DNA of 64,000 nt from positions 73,367 through 137,366 of the IMG/VR virus record IMGVR_UViG_3300017589_000061, one strand, 5' to 3'. This stretch comes from a virus. The translations under genes were made by a program, and so were the position numbers. The notes beneath the pieces were generated by a model. The model was not told the DNA's origin, searched no databases, and saw only the letters and a program-made list of their open reading frames with translations. Below are positions 53,602 to 62,067 of this stretch, in pieces (the first letter of the stretch is position 1; each line of letters begins with the position of its first letter).

Positions 53602-54989
53602 CTCCCGATTGATAACGCAAATACGGGTATCGTATCACTGTCGACAAAACCACCGTCAACTTCTAATATGTTAACATTACAATTATAAGCAGTTAAGTCC
53701 ACTATTCTTAAAGGTAATGCTTTCGCCAATGTATCATTTGCTAAAGTTCCACCCTGTGTATAAGTGGCAAAAACGTTCGGGTTCGCACTAAAGGTAGCAG
53801 GGAAAACCCAATTTGCGCCCATTGTCCAATTACTTGCATATACTGCGGTTACTAAATGGTTGCATATCATAGTGCCATCTTCAAATTTTATATAACTGCC
53901 ATTTGCATTGCTACCACTTTCAGCAATGACTTTAGCACCCAAATCGTTAATTTGTGCCTCATGCTCATTAATTGCATTTACTAAATTTGTCTTAACATCG
54001 GTAGTTAAAGTAGCCTTATTCCCAATATCTGCATCTAATTCGTTAATTGCACCAGTTGCCGTTTGTGCAGTTGTAGTCATTGCAACGCTTCCGAGTGTCG
54101 TTTTAGCTGATAAAATATCTGTTTTATTGGTATCAACTTGTGTGCTTAAATCTTCAAAATCGCTTGTTTCATTCCATTTATTGTTGATGACTGTATTGCC
54201 TATCCCACCTGCAACTGAAACATCTTTACCTATACAGTTATTAGAGGAAATAAAATTATAGTTATTTAAAGCACCTTGTAACAATATAGTATAGCGTAGA
54301 GGGATATAATCTTCTGGTGATCCATTACCCCTGATACTAGTATTATTTATTATCATATTTCTATCGCTAGAATATAGATAAATTCCAATTTCTCCATCTC
54401 TACATATATTACTATTAATAAAATTATATTTGCTGGTAGATAAACTGAGATTATACATAGAATTTAAAATGGTATTATATCTAATAATATTATTATCACC
54501 TTGAAATATCCTAATTCCCGAATTATTATTTGATGAATAAATAATATTTTTCCCATCAATGTATAAGTTTTCTATTTTGCAATAATTAGCACTATTTATT
54601 GCAACGATTCCTTCTGAGCTACTACTATTCCAATTTCTTATTAGTTTTGTAGCGTTCCCATTTCCTTTTATTCTTACATAATCTTTATTAACATCAATTT
54701 TAGCAGTAATATTATATGTTCCGTCAAGTATTACAATTTCTCCACCATTTACAGGTAGTGCTGTAATAGCATTATTTATTTCTACTTGGTCATCAACTCC
54801 ATCACATAGGTAATCACAATCATCCAATGTCCACCCTGCTGTTGAAATTCCTATTACAAATCTCTGACTTCGGTTACTTACGGTTTGTAACGTTTTACCA
54901 CTACCCATTAAAACAACAGAACTATCTGTTTCAGGATGTATTATATCAGTATAATTCGGTGGAATTATTTGTACCTTTTTTATTGTCAT
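53592..54989 (-). CDS. Tail fibre/spike with right-handed beta-helix (pectin-lyase-like) and gp53-like C-terminus
   Basis: DYLCDGVDDQVEINNAI, GGEIVILDGTY, Asn-ladder repeats, NANGSYIKFEDGTMIC. Confidence 0.7.
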   Translation of the reverse strand: MTIKKVQIIPPNYTDIIHPETDSSVVLMGSGKTLQTVSNRSQRFVIGISTAGWTLDDCDYLCDGVDDQVEINNAITALPVNGGEIVILDGTYNITAKIDVNKDYVRIKGNGNATKLIRNWNSSSSEGIVAINSANYCKIENLYIDGKNIIYSSNNNSGIRIFQGDNNIIRYNTILNSMYNLSLSTSKYNFINSNICRDGEIGIYLYSSDRNMIINNTSIRGNGSPEDYIPLRYTILLQGALNNYNFISSNNCIGKDVSVAGGIGNTVINNKWNETSDFEDLSTQVDTNKTDILSAKTTLGSVAMTTTAQTATGAINELDADIGNKATLTTDVKTNLVNAINEHEAQINDLGAKVIAESGSNANGSYIKFEDGTMICNHLVTAVYASNWTMGANWVFPATFSANPNVFATYTQGGTLANDTLAKALPLRIVDLTAYNCNVNILEVDGGFVDSDTIPVFALSIGRWK

Positions 54990-55002
54990 CTTTTATCCTC
55001 CT

Positions 55003-55851
55003 TTATATTTCTTTGAACCACCAACCACTTGTAGGTTGAACAGTTCCTATTGTTATTTTTAATTTATCAGTAATATATTTTAATCTTTGTGCGGATATAA
55101 CTCTACTTGTTGTAGCTGTTCCAGTATTTATTTCAGTCGTTGATATTACGCTATAAGTTGTATTTGGTGGTGTAGCCCAAGAACCATCACCTCTAAAATA
55201 TTGAGAAGTAGTTCCTGCTGTTTTGGCTGTCAAAACACCGCTTGTACTAGTTTGAACAATTAAATTTGCAGTAGTACCTATAGCCCCTACATTAGTAATA
55301 TTTCCATGATTATGTGCGATAGGTGTTCGTGCATCAGTAAATCTTGAATCATTTCCTTGAGCCACAGTTCCCACAATTGATCCAAACGTTGGGGTAAATA
55401 CCGTACCAGTTAGTGTTAATCCACTTTCTGCTGTATATGTTGTGTTTGTATCACTTGAAGGTATTCCTAATGCTACTATATCAGTTTTTGCAATAACACC
55501 TGTTTTCCCATTAATAGTGGTAATTGTATCATTATCTGTAAATTTAGCTCCACTAGGAACTGCTGTTTGAACAGTCAGTCCATTTACAGTGTCAGCATTA
55601 CCACCATTTGCAGGTAAACTTGTTGGAAAATCTTCTATATCGGCTTTGGAATTCCATGTATTTTTTTCAGCATCAGATACATATGAATAATAAACTAAAT
55701 TATTCCAAGTAGTTACGCCATCACCGAATTTGATTTTATTTGTATTAGTTTCTAAACCCAATTCTCCTAATTCTAATATTGGATTAGCCGTTGCCCAATT
55801 ATTAGATGTATCAGATCTATTTTTAATTTTTGCTATTATATTTTTAGCCAT
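55003..55851 (-). CDS. Tail fibre protein with Mtd_N/hyaluronidase-like N-terminus
   Basis: DTSNNWATANPIL..GELGLETNT.KIKFGDGVT.W..L.Y; LPANGGNADTV. Confidence 0.7.
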   Translation of the reverse strand: MAKNIIAKIKNRSDTSNNWATANPILELGELGLETNTNKIKFGDGVTTWNNLVYYSYVSDAEKNTWNSKADIEDFPTSLPANGGNADTVNGLTVQTAVPSGAKFTDNDTITTINGKTGVIAKTDIVALGIPSSDTNTTYTAESGLTLTGTVFTPTFGSIVGTVAQGNDSRFTDARTPIAHNHGNITNVGAIGTTANLIVQTSTSGVLTAKTAGTTSQYFRGDGSWATPPNTTYSVISTTEINTGTATTSRVISAQRLKYITDKLKITIGTVQPTSGWWFKEI

Positions 55852-55859
55852 TTAACCAC

Positions 55860-56768
55860 CTACACATAAGTAGTCGAGGCTGTCCCACCATTTAAAATAA
55901 GTACATCTGTAGTTTGCACGATTGCTGTGTTTGCTGTTAAAGCTATTGATACATTAGCCAAACCATCAAAAGATACAGAACCTGTAGCCGCCCCTGTAGT
56001 TGATATTGTTCGTGCTGTAGCTAGTTTTGTAGCTGTTCCAGCATTACCTGTTACTGAAGTTTTGTTTGTTATTGCAGTATCTACATATATTTTAGTTGCA
56101 TATGCTGATAAATCAACTGTTCCACCCAATAATTCCCACGCAGAACCATTCCATGCATACTCTCCATTGTCTGCCGTAACATGCCATACGTTGCCTGTAG
56201 TGTTGCCAGAAGAAGGTAAATCTCCTACTGTTGCTTTAGTTCCTAACCATTTAAATACAGAGGTAACTTTTGCATCAACTTCTGTTTTGTTATAATAACT
56301 TCCTAATGCTGTGGATATTTTAGTGTCGGTTGCTGTCGAAGTTATTAAGGCATTAAAAGCCGTTGTTAAAGCAGTATCAAAATCTGCTTGTGCTACTTTG
56401 TCTTTACTTGCTAAAGTACCTGTCGGAACAATAACATTTACTCCTTTACTTGTGATTGTTAAAGCTATACCGTTTACTTTTACTGATTCAATCACATTTA
56501 CTTGTGCAGCAGTTTCTATATTATATAACTTTGTATAATTACTTTTTGCCATTAAACCATCAACTGTTCCAGAAGCAAGAGGAACATCGGTTAAACTAAT
56601 TCCAGCATAACTTAAAGCTGTCCATGTTGTTACTCCATCACCAAATTTAAACTTTCTTGTATCTGATTCTATTGCCATTTCACCCTTGCTAATTACAGGA
56701 TTGGCACTTGTCCAATTAGCGGCGGTATCATTTCTAATTAATATTTTAGCTATTAATTCTTTTGACAT
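55860..56768 (-). CDS. Tail fibre protein with Mtd_N/hyaluronidase-like N-terminus
   Basis: RNDTAANWTSANPV..KGE..IE.DT.KFKFGDG; GNAGTATKLATARTI. Confidence 0.7.
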   Translation of the reverse strand: MSKELIAKILIRNDTAANWTSANPVISKGEMAIESDTRKFKFGDGVTTWTALSYAGISLTDVPLASGTVDGLMAKSNYTKLYNIETAAQVNVIESVKVNGIALTITSKGVNVIVPTGTLASKDKVAQADFDTALTTAFNALITSTATDTKISTALGSYYNKTEVDAKVTSVFKWLGTKATVGDLPSSGNTTGNVWHVTADNGEYAWNGSAWELLGGTVDLSAYATKIYVDTAITNKTSVTGNAGTATKLATARTISTTGAATGSVSFDGLANVSIALTANTAIVQTTDVLILNGGTASTTYV

Positions 56769-56779
56769 ATTAATCTCCT

Positions 56780-57253
56780 TTATTCAATTTCAAAATCTGT
56801 TGTTGCATTTCCCCCAATAAGCGTTTTTAATTCACGAGATGACATTCCTAATGGTTGATAGATTATATTGACACTATCCCATAAATACATTACATATTCA
56901 TCTTTTGTAATATATATATAATCAATATTTCCTATTGTTGGTAATGAATATTTATTATCAACATATATAATTAAATCATTTATATTAACTTTTAAACTTG
57001 CCAATTGTTCTGGCGTAAAATCTTCATAAGTAAAAGGATTACCTTTAGATCCATTCGTAATAACGGCTTCTATTTTTGTATCTGAAGCAATTTGCCCTAA
57101 AATCTGCAATTCATTATTTTCTGACTCAATCAAAACGTTAATATCTGTATTAGAAATGTTGCCAATTATATTTATTAGCTGTCCGAGTTGCCCTATAATT
57201 TTATTCTCTTTAATCGTTGAATTAAAATCACTCATAAGTAACCTCTGCATCAA
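56780..57253 (-). CDS. Tail-associated protein
   Basis: FTYEDFTPEQLASLK motif seen in phage tail proteins. Confidence 0.5.
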   Translation of the reverse strand: MMQRLLMSDFNSTIKENKIIGQLGQLINIIGNISNTDINVLIESENNELQILGQIASDTKIEAVITNGSKGNPFTYEDFTPEQLASLKVNINDLIIYVDNKYSLPTIGNIDYIYITKDEYVMYLWDSVNIIYQPLGMSSRELKTLIGGNATTDFEIE

Positions 57254-57581
57254 CGGTAAAATTACTTGCAGGAATTATAGTTCTAACTGTTCCATCTGCA
57301 CGGCTTAACTGAACATCATATTTATATGTTTTAAATTTAAGTTCCTTAGTATCAGTAGGAATTATATTTATAATAGCTTTACCATCTGTAAAACTCGTAA
57401 TAATTTTTTGAAATATTTTTACAGTCATATATTCACTTTCTTTTACAGTAAAATAAACAGTATCTCCTACTACTAAAGGAATTTGAACGCCATTTATATC
57501 TGAGCATGAAACTGTAATAATTTCACTGTCGCCACGTATCATACTCATATTTTTTCCGTCTACTTTCATATTTTGCACCAC
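57228..57581 (-). CDS. BppU-like baseplate protein
   Basis: RGDS...VYFTVK...P.DT......YDVQL pattern. Confidence 0.55.
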   Translation of the reverse strand: MVQNMKVDGKNMSMIRGDSEIITVSCSDINGVQIPLVVGDTVYFTVKESEYMTVKIFQKIITSFTDGKAIINIIPTDTKELKFKTYKYDVQLSRADGTVRTIIPASNFTVDAEVTYE

Positions 57582-57584
57582 CTT

Positions 57585-58277
57585 TTAATTTAATTCTTTA
57601 AACCACCATCCACTTATTGGTTGAGTAGAACTTGGTGTTATTTTATTTTCGTTTAACTTATTATCAACTTCAGTTTTGCTATATTTGTCATTAAAAACCG
57701 TAACTTCTGTTTCAGAAACTAATCGACTACCTTCTATAATATTAACCTTAGTATTTTGTAAACTTATAATATCTTGAGCATTAAGACCTATTTGTGCATG
57801 AGTGTGCATTTCTGGTGGAAAAACAGTTGGTTTGTTTGCAACATTATCCCATATTAATTGTACATCTAAACTTTCTCCATCAACTATTTTAGTCCAAACC
57901 AAAGTGGTTGAATTGTAAATATACATCGCCCAACCACTCGTAACGGTGGTGTCCCCTACTGCATTTATTACAAATACTAACTTATTATCATATAAATTAG
58001 TTATAGCATTTCTTGCTGTTATATCTACCACTCTTTCTATACTACCTATATCTATTGGTAATTGTGCAGAAGGTATTATTCCGTCATTTCCTAAACTTGC
58101 AACCCCATTAGCAACGCCTTTTTGAGTAACAGGTATCATACTGATTGGAATATTATCTATTTTTAAATTATTGTTATTAATTTTTGCTATTATTTCAGAT
58201 ACTAATTGATTGTAAGTATATTCAGTGTCAGCTAATATATTTACACTTTCCAAATTGAGATTTGTTGTATTCGCCAT
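57585..58277 (-). CDS. Tail-fibre-like protein
   Basis: KGVANGVASL..DG.IP..QLP; KPTVFPP..H.H. Confidence 0.55.
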   Translation of the reverse strand: MANTTNLNLESVNILADTEYTYNQLVSEIIAKINNNNLKIDNIPISMIPVTQKGVANGVASLGNDGIIPSAQLPIDIGSIERVVDITARNAITNLYDNKLVFVINAVGDTTVTSGWAMYIYNSTTLVWTKIVDGESLDVQLIWDNVANKPTVFPPEMHTHAQIGLNAQDIISLQNTKVNIIEGSRLVSETEVTVFNDKYSKTEVDNKLNENKITPSSTQPISGWWFKELN

Positions 58278-58291
58278 TTATTTCACTTCCT

Positions 58292-58810
58292 TTAATTGTC
58301 TACATAGTAAAAATTCCATAAGGTCATAGTTTTTAATGAACCCATAGTTAAAGATTTTAAATCTATTATTTGTCTCATGGCACTGATATTTAATCCACCT
58401 TGAATTGATAAATTAAAATCTTCATGTGTCATTTCTACTTTTATTTTTTCATATAATTTCATACTCGCTTCATAAATCATATCTAAAACATCTTGATATT
58501 TTAAAGTATCTATAACGCTTAAATATGAATTAAACTCTTGATTATCTGTAATTGTACACATTAATTTTTCAAGAATTTTAACTACGCTAGATATATCTTG
58601 CTTTTCAAATACATCAGTGTATCCTAATTTTTCAATTAATTTAACAACTTTATCCATTTCCATTTGCTCTATGTATAATGTAAACATTATTTCTAAAACC
58701 TTAGATAAATTATCAACCGTAAATCTTACGTTTAAATCATTTAACAATTGTGTTAATTTAATTGAAGTATCATTGTTGAGAATTTCAATTTTTAAATTGT
58801 GCATTAGCAT
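58292..58810 (-). CDS. Hypothetical structural-module protein
   Basis: ORF within the co-oriented tail operon. Confidence 0.5.
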   Translation of the reverse strand: MLMHNLKIEILNNDTSIKLTQLLNDLNVRFTVDNLSKVLEIMFTLYIEQMEMDKVVKLIEKLGYTDVFEKQDISSVVKILEKLMCTITDNQEFNSYLSVIDTLKYQDVLDMIYEASMKLYEKIKVEMTHEDFNLSIQGGLNISAMRQIIDLKSLTMGSLKTMTLWNFYYVDN

Positions 58811-58824
58811 TTAAAATCACACCT

Positions 58825-59241
58825 TTACATTTTAATTTTAAATATTCCAATTGGGAATCTTGCTGTTGCTCCAACTTGTAATAATTTTTTATCTGTTCCT
58901 GTAAGCTCAACATAATATTTAATATCATCACCTGTTCCAGTAGCACTTGTAGCTATAAATAAATACATAGGTTGAGAAGTAGTATTCCAATTAGAGTTTA
59001 TAACTTCTGGAAATTCAAACATTATTTTATTACTAACTTCTCCGTTGATAAAATCTGTCCAAGTAGTTTTAGTGTTAGCTACTGATATTCTTGCATATCC
59101 ATTTACAGTTGAAGGTTCAATTATTCCTCCACCTGTTGTTGAAATTGCACCCAAACTTATTCCTATATAATGTGTAACTGGTATTCCACTACCAAATTCC
59201 GATTCAACCATTTTCTTTTTTTGTATATTTGTGGCAGACAT
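58825..59241 (-). CDS. Tail protein
   Basis: YIG.S....EPS...GYARI.V...FPE...W pattern common in tail modules. Confidence 0.55.
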   Translation of the reverse strand: MSATNIQKKKMVESEFGSGIPVTHYIGISLGAISTTGGGIIEPSTVNGYARISVANTKTTWTDFINGEVSNKIMFEFPEVINSNWNTTSQPMYLFIATSATGTGDDIKYYVELTGTDKKLLQVGATARFPIGIFKIKM

Positions 59242-59273
59242 TGTTTGTCCTCTCTTTCTTTTTTTAATTTAAT

Positions 59274-59588
59274 TTATTCAATTGGTCTATCTATTGAAAG
59301 TTTAACTTTACTTGTAACATGTTTATTATTACTACCATCAATTATTATTAAGTTAAACTCATATTCACCAATACCTAACATTTCAGTATCTTCAGGCATC
59401 AATTGTACCGAACATTTATTCGTACCAAGAATATCCATATTTTTAGATATTATAGCTTGATTTTCATATTCATAACCTAAATTAAATGTTATATAACAAC
59501 CTGTTAAATTTTGTTCTAATCCATTTGAGTCAAATAATTCACATAAAATTGATCCATTCGCATTAGCAATATAATTCAGCGTATCCAT
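59274..59588 (-). CDS. BppU-like/tail-associated protein
   Basis: V.L.P.DT..L..G.Y pattern. Confidence 0.4.
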   Translation of the reverse strand: MDTLNYIANANGSILCELFDSNGLEQNLTGCYITFNLGYEYENQAIISKNMDILGTNKCSVQLMPEDTEMLGIGEYEFNLIIIDGSNNKHVTSKVKLSIDRPIE

Positions 59589-59601
59589 TTTTAATCACAT
59601 C

Positions 59602-59985
59602 CTATTCTATTACTTCTGAATAATCAAAAAACGGCATGATAATTATTAATTCAATTCCAGAAATTTTATTAAAAGTTTTATCATATTTAACTTCATTTAC
59701 ATTTAATTCTAAATCTGTATCTTCGAGTTCATATTTAAAATTTAAAAATTCTTTTAAACTTTCGGTATTATCACACATAAACTCATTATCATTTATTCCT
59801 ATCTCATATTTGTTTATTAAATTCTTCAATTCAATAGTATATTGCCCAACATATTCCTGTAAACTTTTATTTAACAATGCAACTTTAAGTTTAAATTGTA
59901 AATTAATATCTTCTGTATCATATTTACCAATCTTATTCAAAATTGATACTATATTTAAAAGTTCACCCATTTTAACTTTAATCAT
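59602..59985 (-). CDS. Hypothetical protein
   Basis: ORF with AGGAG RBS in the tail operon. Confidence 0.55.
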   Translation of the reverse strand: MIKVKMGELLNIVSILNKIGKYDTEDINLQFKLKVALLNKSLQEYVGQYTIELKNLINKYEIGINDNEFMCDNTESLKEFLNFKYELEDTDLELNVNEVKYDKTFNKISGIELIIIMPFFDYSEVIE

Positions 59986-60014
59986 CTTTTATTATCTCCT
60001 ATTTTAATTTAATT

Positions 60015-61640
60015 TTAAATTGAATTGTTTAGTGCGGTTTTCAAATTATCAAAATACCAAGCATATATATCATCGTTCGATTTGACATTTAAACAAGCAC
60101 TTGCAACTTGTCCTTTAATTTGGTTAATTGCAGTACAAGCTTGAAGAAAAATCCAAGCATAAAAATCTTTGCCTTTTGAAATATATGTTGAATCTGTTGT
60201 AAATGAATAATTCGATAAACCATTAATAGCTCTTATTTCATTTATTCTATTACAGAAATTTAACCATTCTCCAGCAGATACATTGAATCCTATTCCTGAA
60301 GTTTTAGGTATTTGCCATACCCATGGTTCTATTGCTAGTAATGATACTATTACGACATTACTATAATTGGAATATAGATTATTAACCGATGATAAAACCC
60401 TTATTTTATATTTATCATAATTATCGAAAGTGATAGTTAAACTTGTACTTGTGGTTCTACCTTTTATATACCAGTTTTCATCTGATGCTTTGCTTGCAAA
60501 AACTGTATAAGTTGCACCAGAAACAGAACTCCACGAAATTAAGGCAGATTTATCTCCACTTTTAACAGCAGTTAAATTGCTTGGAGTAGATGGATGAGAA
60601 CTTGAAATGTTAGTATTCCATACGGAATAACAGTTTTGTGACCATGATGTAGGATTTGAACCTCCACGTGTAGGAGCTAAAACCCCGCAACCCCAATCGT
60701 AAGGAATATAACAAAGTCCGTTTGCACCCCAATCAGTTCCCCAAGAATTGTGAGCTATCCAATGTGCTTTTCCATTCTTAGTTGTTAATCCTATTAACGC
60801 AATAGAGTGACTTACTCCAGAATAAGAATTAGGTTGAGGAACTATTCCATCTGAACCAATGCTATAAAAATTATTTGGTATTTTAAAATTAAACATAAAA
60901 TATCCATAATTTCTAATAGCGGATGCCACACCTTCTGTATCATAAAAATCTACATTTCTATAACCATCAAATGCTTGTAAAACAGCATTATTTTTCGCAT
61001 ATGAATCAGAGTTATTATAAATGTATTTTGATTCTTCAATTAATTTAGAGTTAAAATTAGATTCAACTAATTCCCATCTAGGAGAACCCAAAGTACAACA
61101 ATTAACAATTGCATCTTTGAAATACATTCCTTGTTCGTTTGGTAAACCCCCATTACCATATATATAAGAAACGCTATAACTTTCGTATGTGACACCTATT
61201 TGTTTTGCTTTGAAAATATCCATCGCAGTAGACAATGACATAGCAACACAACTTCCTGCACGTCCTTGGCTTTTAATTTTAGTATATATAGATGGAGATA
61301 TAGTTCCTATTGGTTGTGAAATTGAATCGGTTGTAAAAGCATTACGACCTAATGAATAATTAACACCACCTTGTCTTGCTATAACTTCTAATTCATAATC
61401 AGTCGCAGGTGTAACATAATTATATCCTAAATATTCGTCATCCTTAAAATTAATCAAAAATGTTAACCAAGTTGAGTTAACAAAACTACTCCAATTATAT
61501 ATCAAAGTGTTATTTTGATATATTTTAAAAGTAAATGAATCATATTTATTAGCTGGAGTTTGTAACCCTTGAACATATACGCTAAATGAAATAGAAGTAA
61601 GATTTGTTACTAAAAAACTAGCCATTAATCTCCACCTCAA
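60015..61640 (-). CDS. Papain-like (C1) cysteine peptidase with FN3-like domain
   Basis: SQGRAGSCVA (Gln/Cys), HSIALIG (His), HNSWGTDWG.NG (Asn); PSTPSNL...ISW FN3 motif. Confidence 0.8.
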   Translation of the reverse strand: MRWRLMASFLVTNLTSISFSVYVQGLQTPANKYDSFTFKIYQNNTLIYNWSSFVNSTWLTFLINFKDDEYLGYNYVTPATDYELEVIARQGGVNYSLGRNAFTTDSISQPIGTISPSIYTKIKSQGRAGSCVAMSLSTAMDIFKAKQIGVTYESYSVSYIYGNGGLPNEQGMYFKDAIVNCCTLGSPRWELVESNFNSKLIEESKYIYNNSDSYAKNNAVLQAFDGYRNVDFYDTEGVASAIRNYGYFMFNFKIPNNFYSIGSDGIVPQPNSYSGVSHSIALIGLTTKNGKAHWIAHNSWGTDWGANGLCYIPYDWGCGVLAPTRGGSNPTSWSQNCYSVWNTNISSSHPSTPSNLTAVKSGDKSALISWSSVSGATYTVFASKASDENWYIKGRTTSTSLTITFDNYDKYKIRVLSSVNNLYSNYSNVVIVSLLAIEPWVWQIPKTSGIGFNVSAGEWLNFCNRINEIRAINGLSNYSFTTDSTYISKGKDFYAWIFLQACTAINQIKGQVASACLNVKSNDDIYAWYFDNLKTALNNSI

Positions 61641-62010
61641 CTACTTTGGGTATATTAAATTTACCTATACCTCCACTTTTATAATTTTTAATTTTCATTT
61701 CACTACTTAATTCTGCTGTAAAAACTTGGAATTGTGGTAATACTTTGCAATTAATTTTTATCACTTTGTCACCACTTGTGGTTAATCGAGCAAAAATGGT
61801 GTAATATTTATTTTCTTCTAAATTATCAAACGATACAACACTAGAATAATCTAAATCACTTTGATTTATATTTGTTTCTTTATATATTAATCCATCTTTG
61901 GATATTTCAAATTTTTTATAATTTTGATATGTATTTTCTAATCCTGCAATAACTACTGATATACCACATCCTACATTCTGATACTTTACAGGCAATAAGT
62001 ATTCATTCAA
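61618..62010 (-). CDS. Hypothetical protein
   Basis: Start re-placed at TTG 62010 after GGGGTG; the longer track ORF runs into intron domains V/VI. Confidence 0.55.
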   Translation of the reverse strand: MNEYLLPVKYQNVGCGISVVIAGLENTYQNYKKFEISKDGLIYKETNINQSDLDYSSVVSFDNLEENKYYTIFARLTTSGDKVIKINCKVLPQFQVFTAELSSEMKIKNYKSGGIGKFNIPKVVEVEING

Positions 62011-62030
62011 TTTTATCACCCCTATTAATC

Positions 62031-62044
62031 GTTGAAATCTCAAC
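62031..62044. repeat. B box of a composite site whose A site is split by the intron
   Basis: GTTGAAATCTCAAC; exon junction reads TTTTA|T then 22 bp to B on the - strand. Confidence 0.8.
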
Positions 62045-62067
62045 GTTTGTTTTATAAGATTACACAA

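Noticed and set aside
51946-56768. Tail-fibre shufflon driven by the adjacent recombinase
   Set aside because: All fibre genes are co-oriented and I saw no inverted alternative C-termini or crossover repeats; not fully excluded
7328-58828. Very degenerate A-like sites (7328, 10024, 17362, 39104, 39387, 42843, 51623, 58811)
   Set aside because: Several mismatches or shifted spacing in AT-rich DNA cannot be told from chance by eye, so they were left out of the count
815-62044. B boxes as CRISPR repeats (GTTGAA.../ATTGAAA resemblance)
   Set aside because: Only 14 bp long, 0.7-14 kb apart with whole genes between them, no regular spacers and no cas genes
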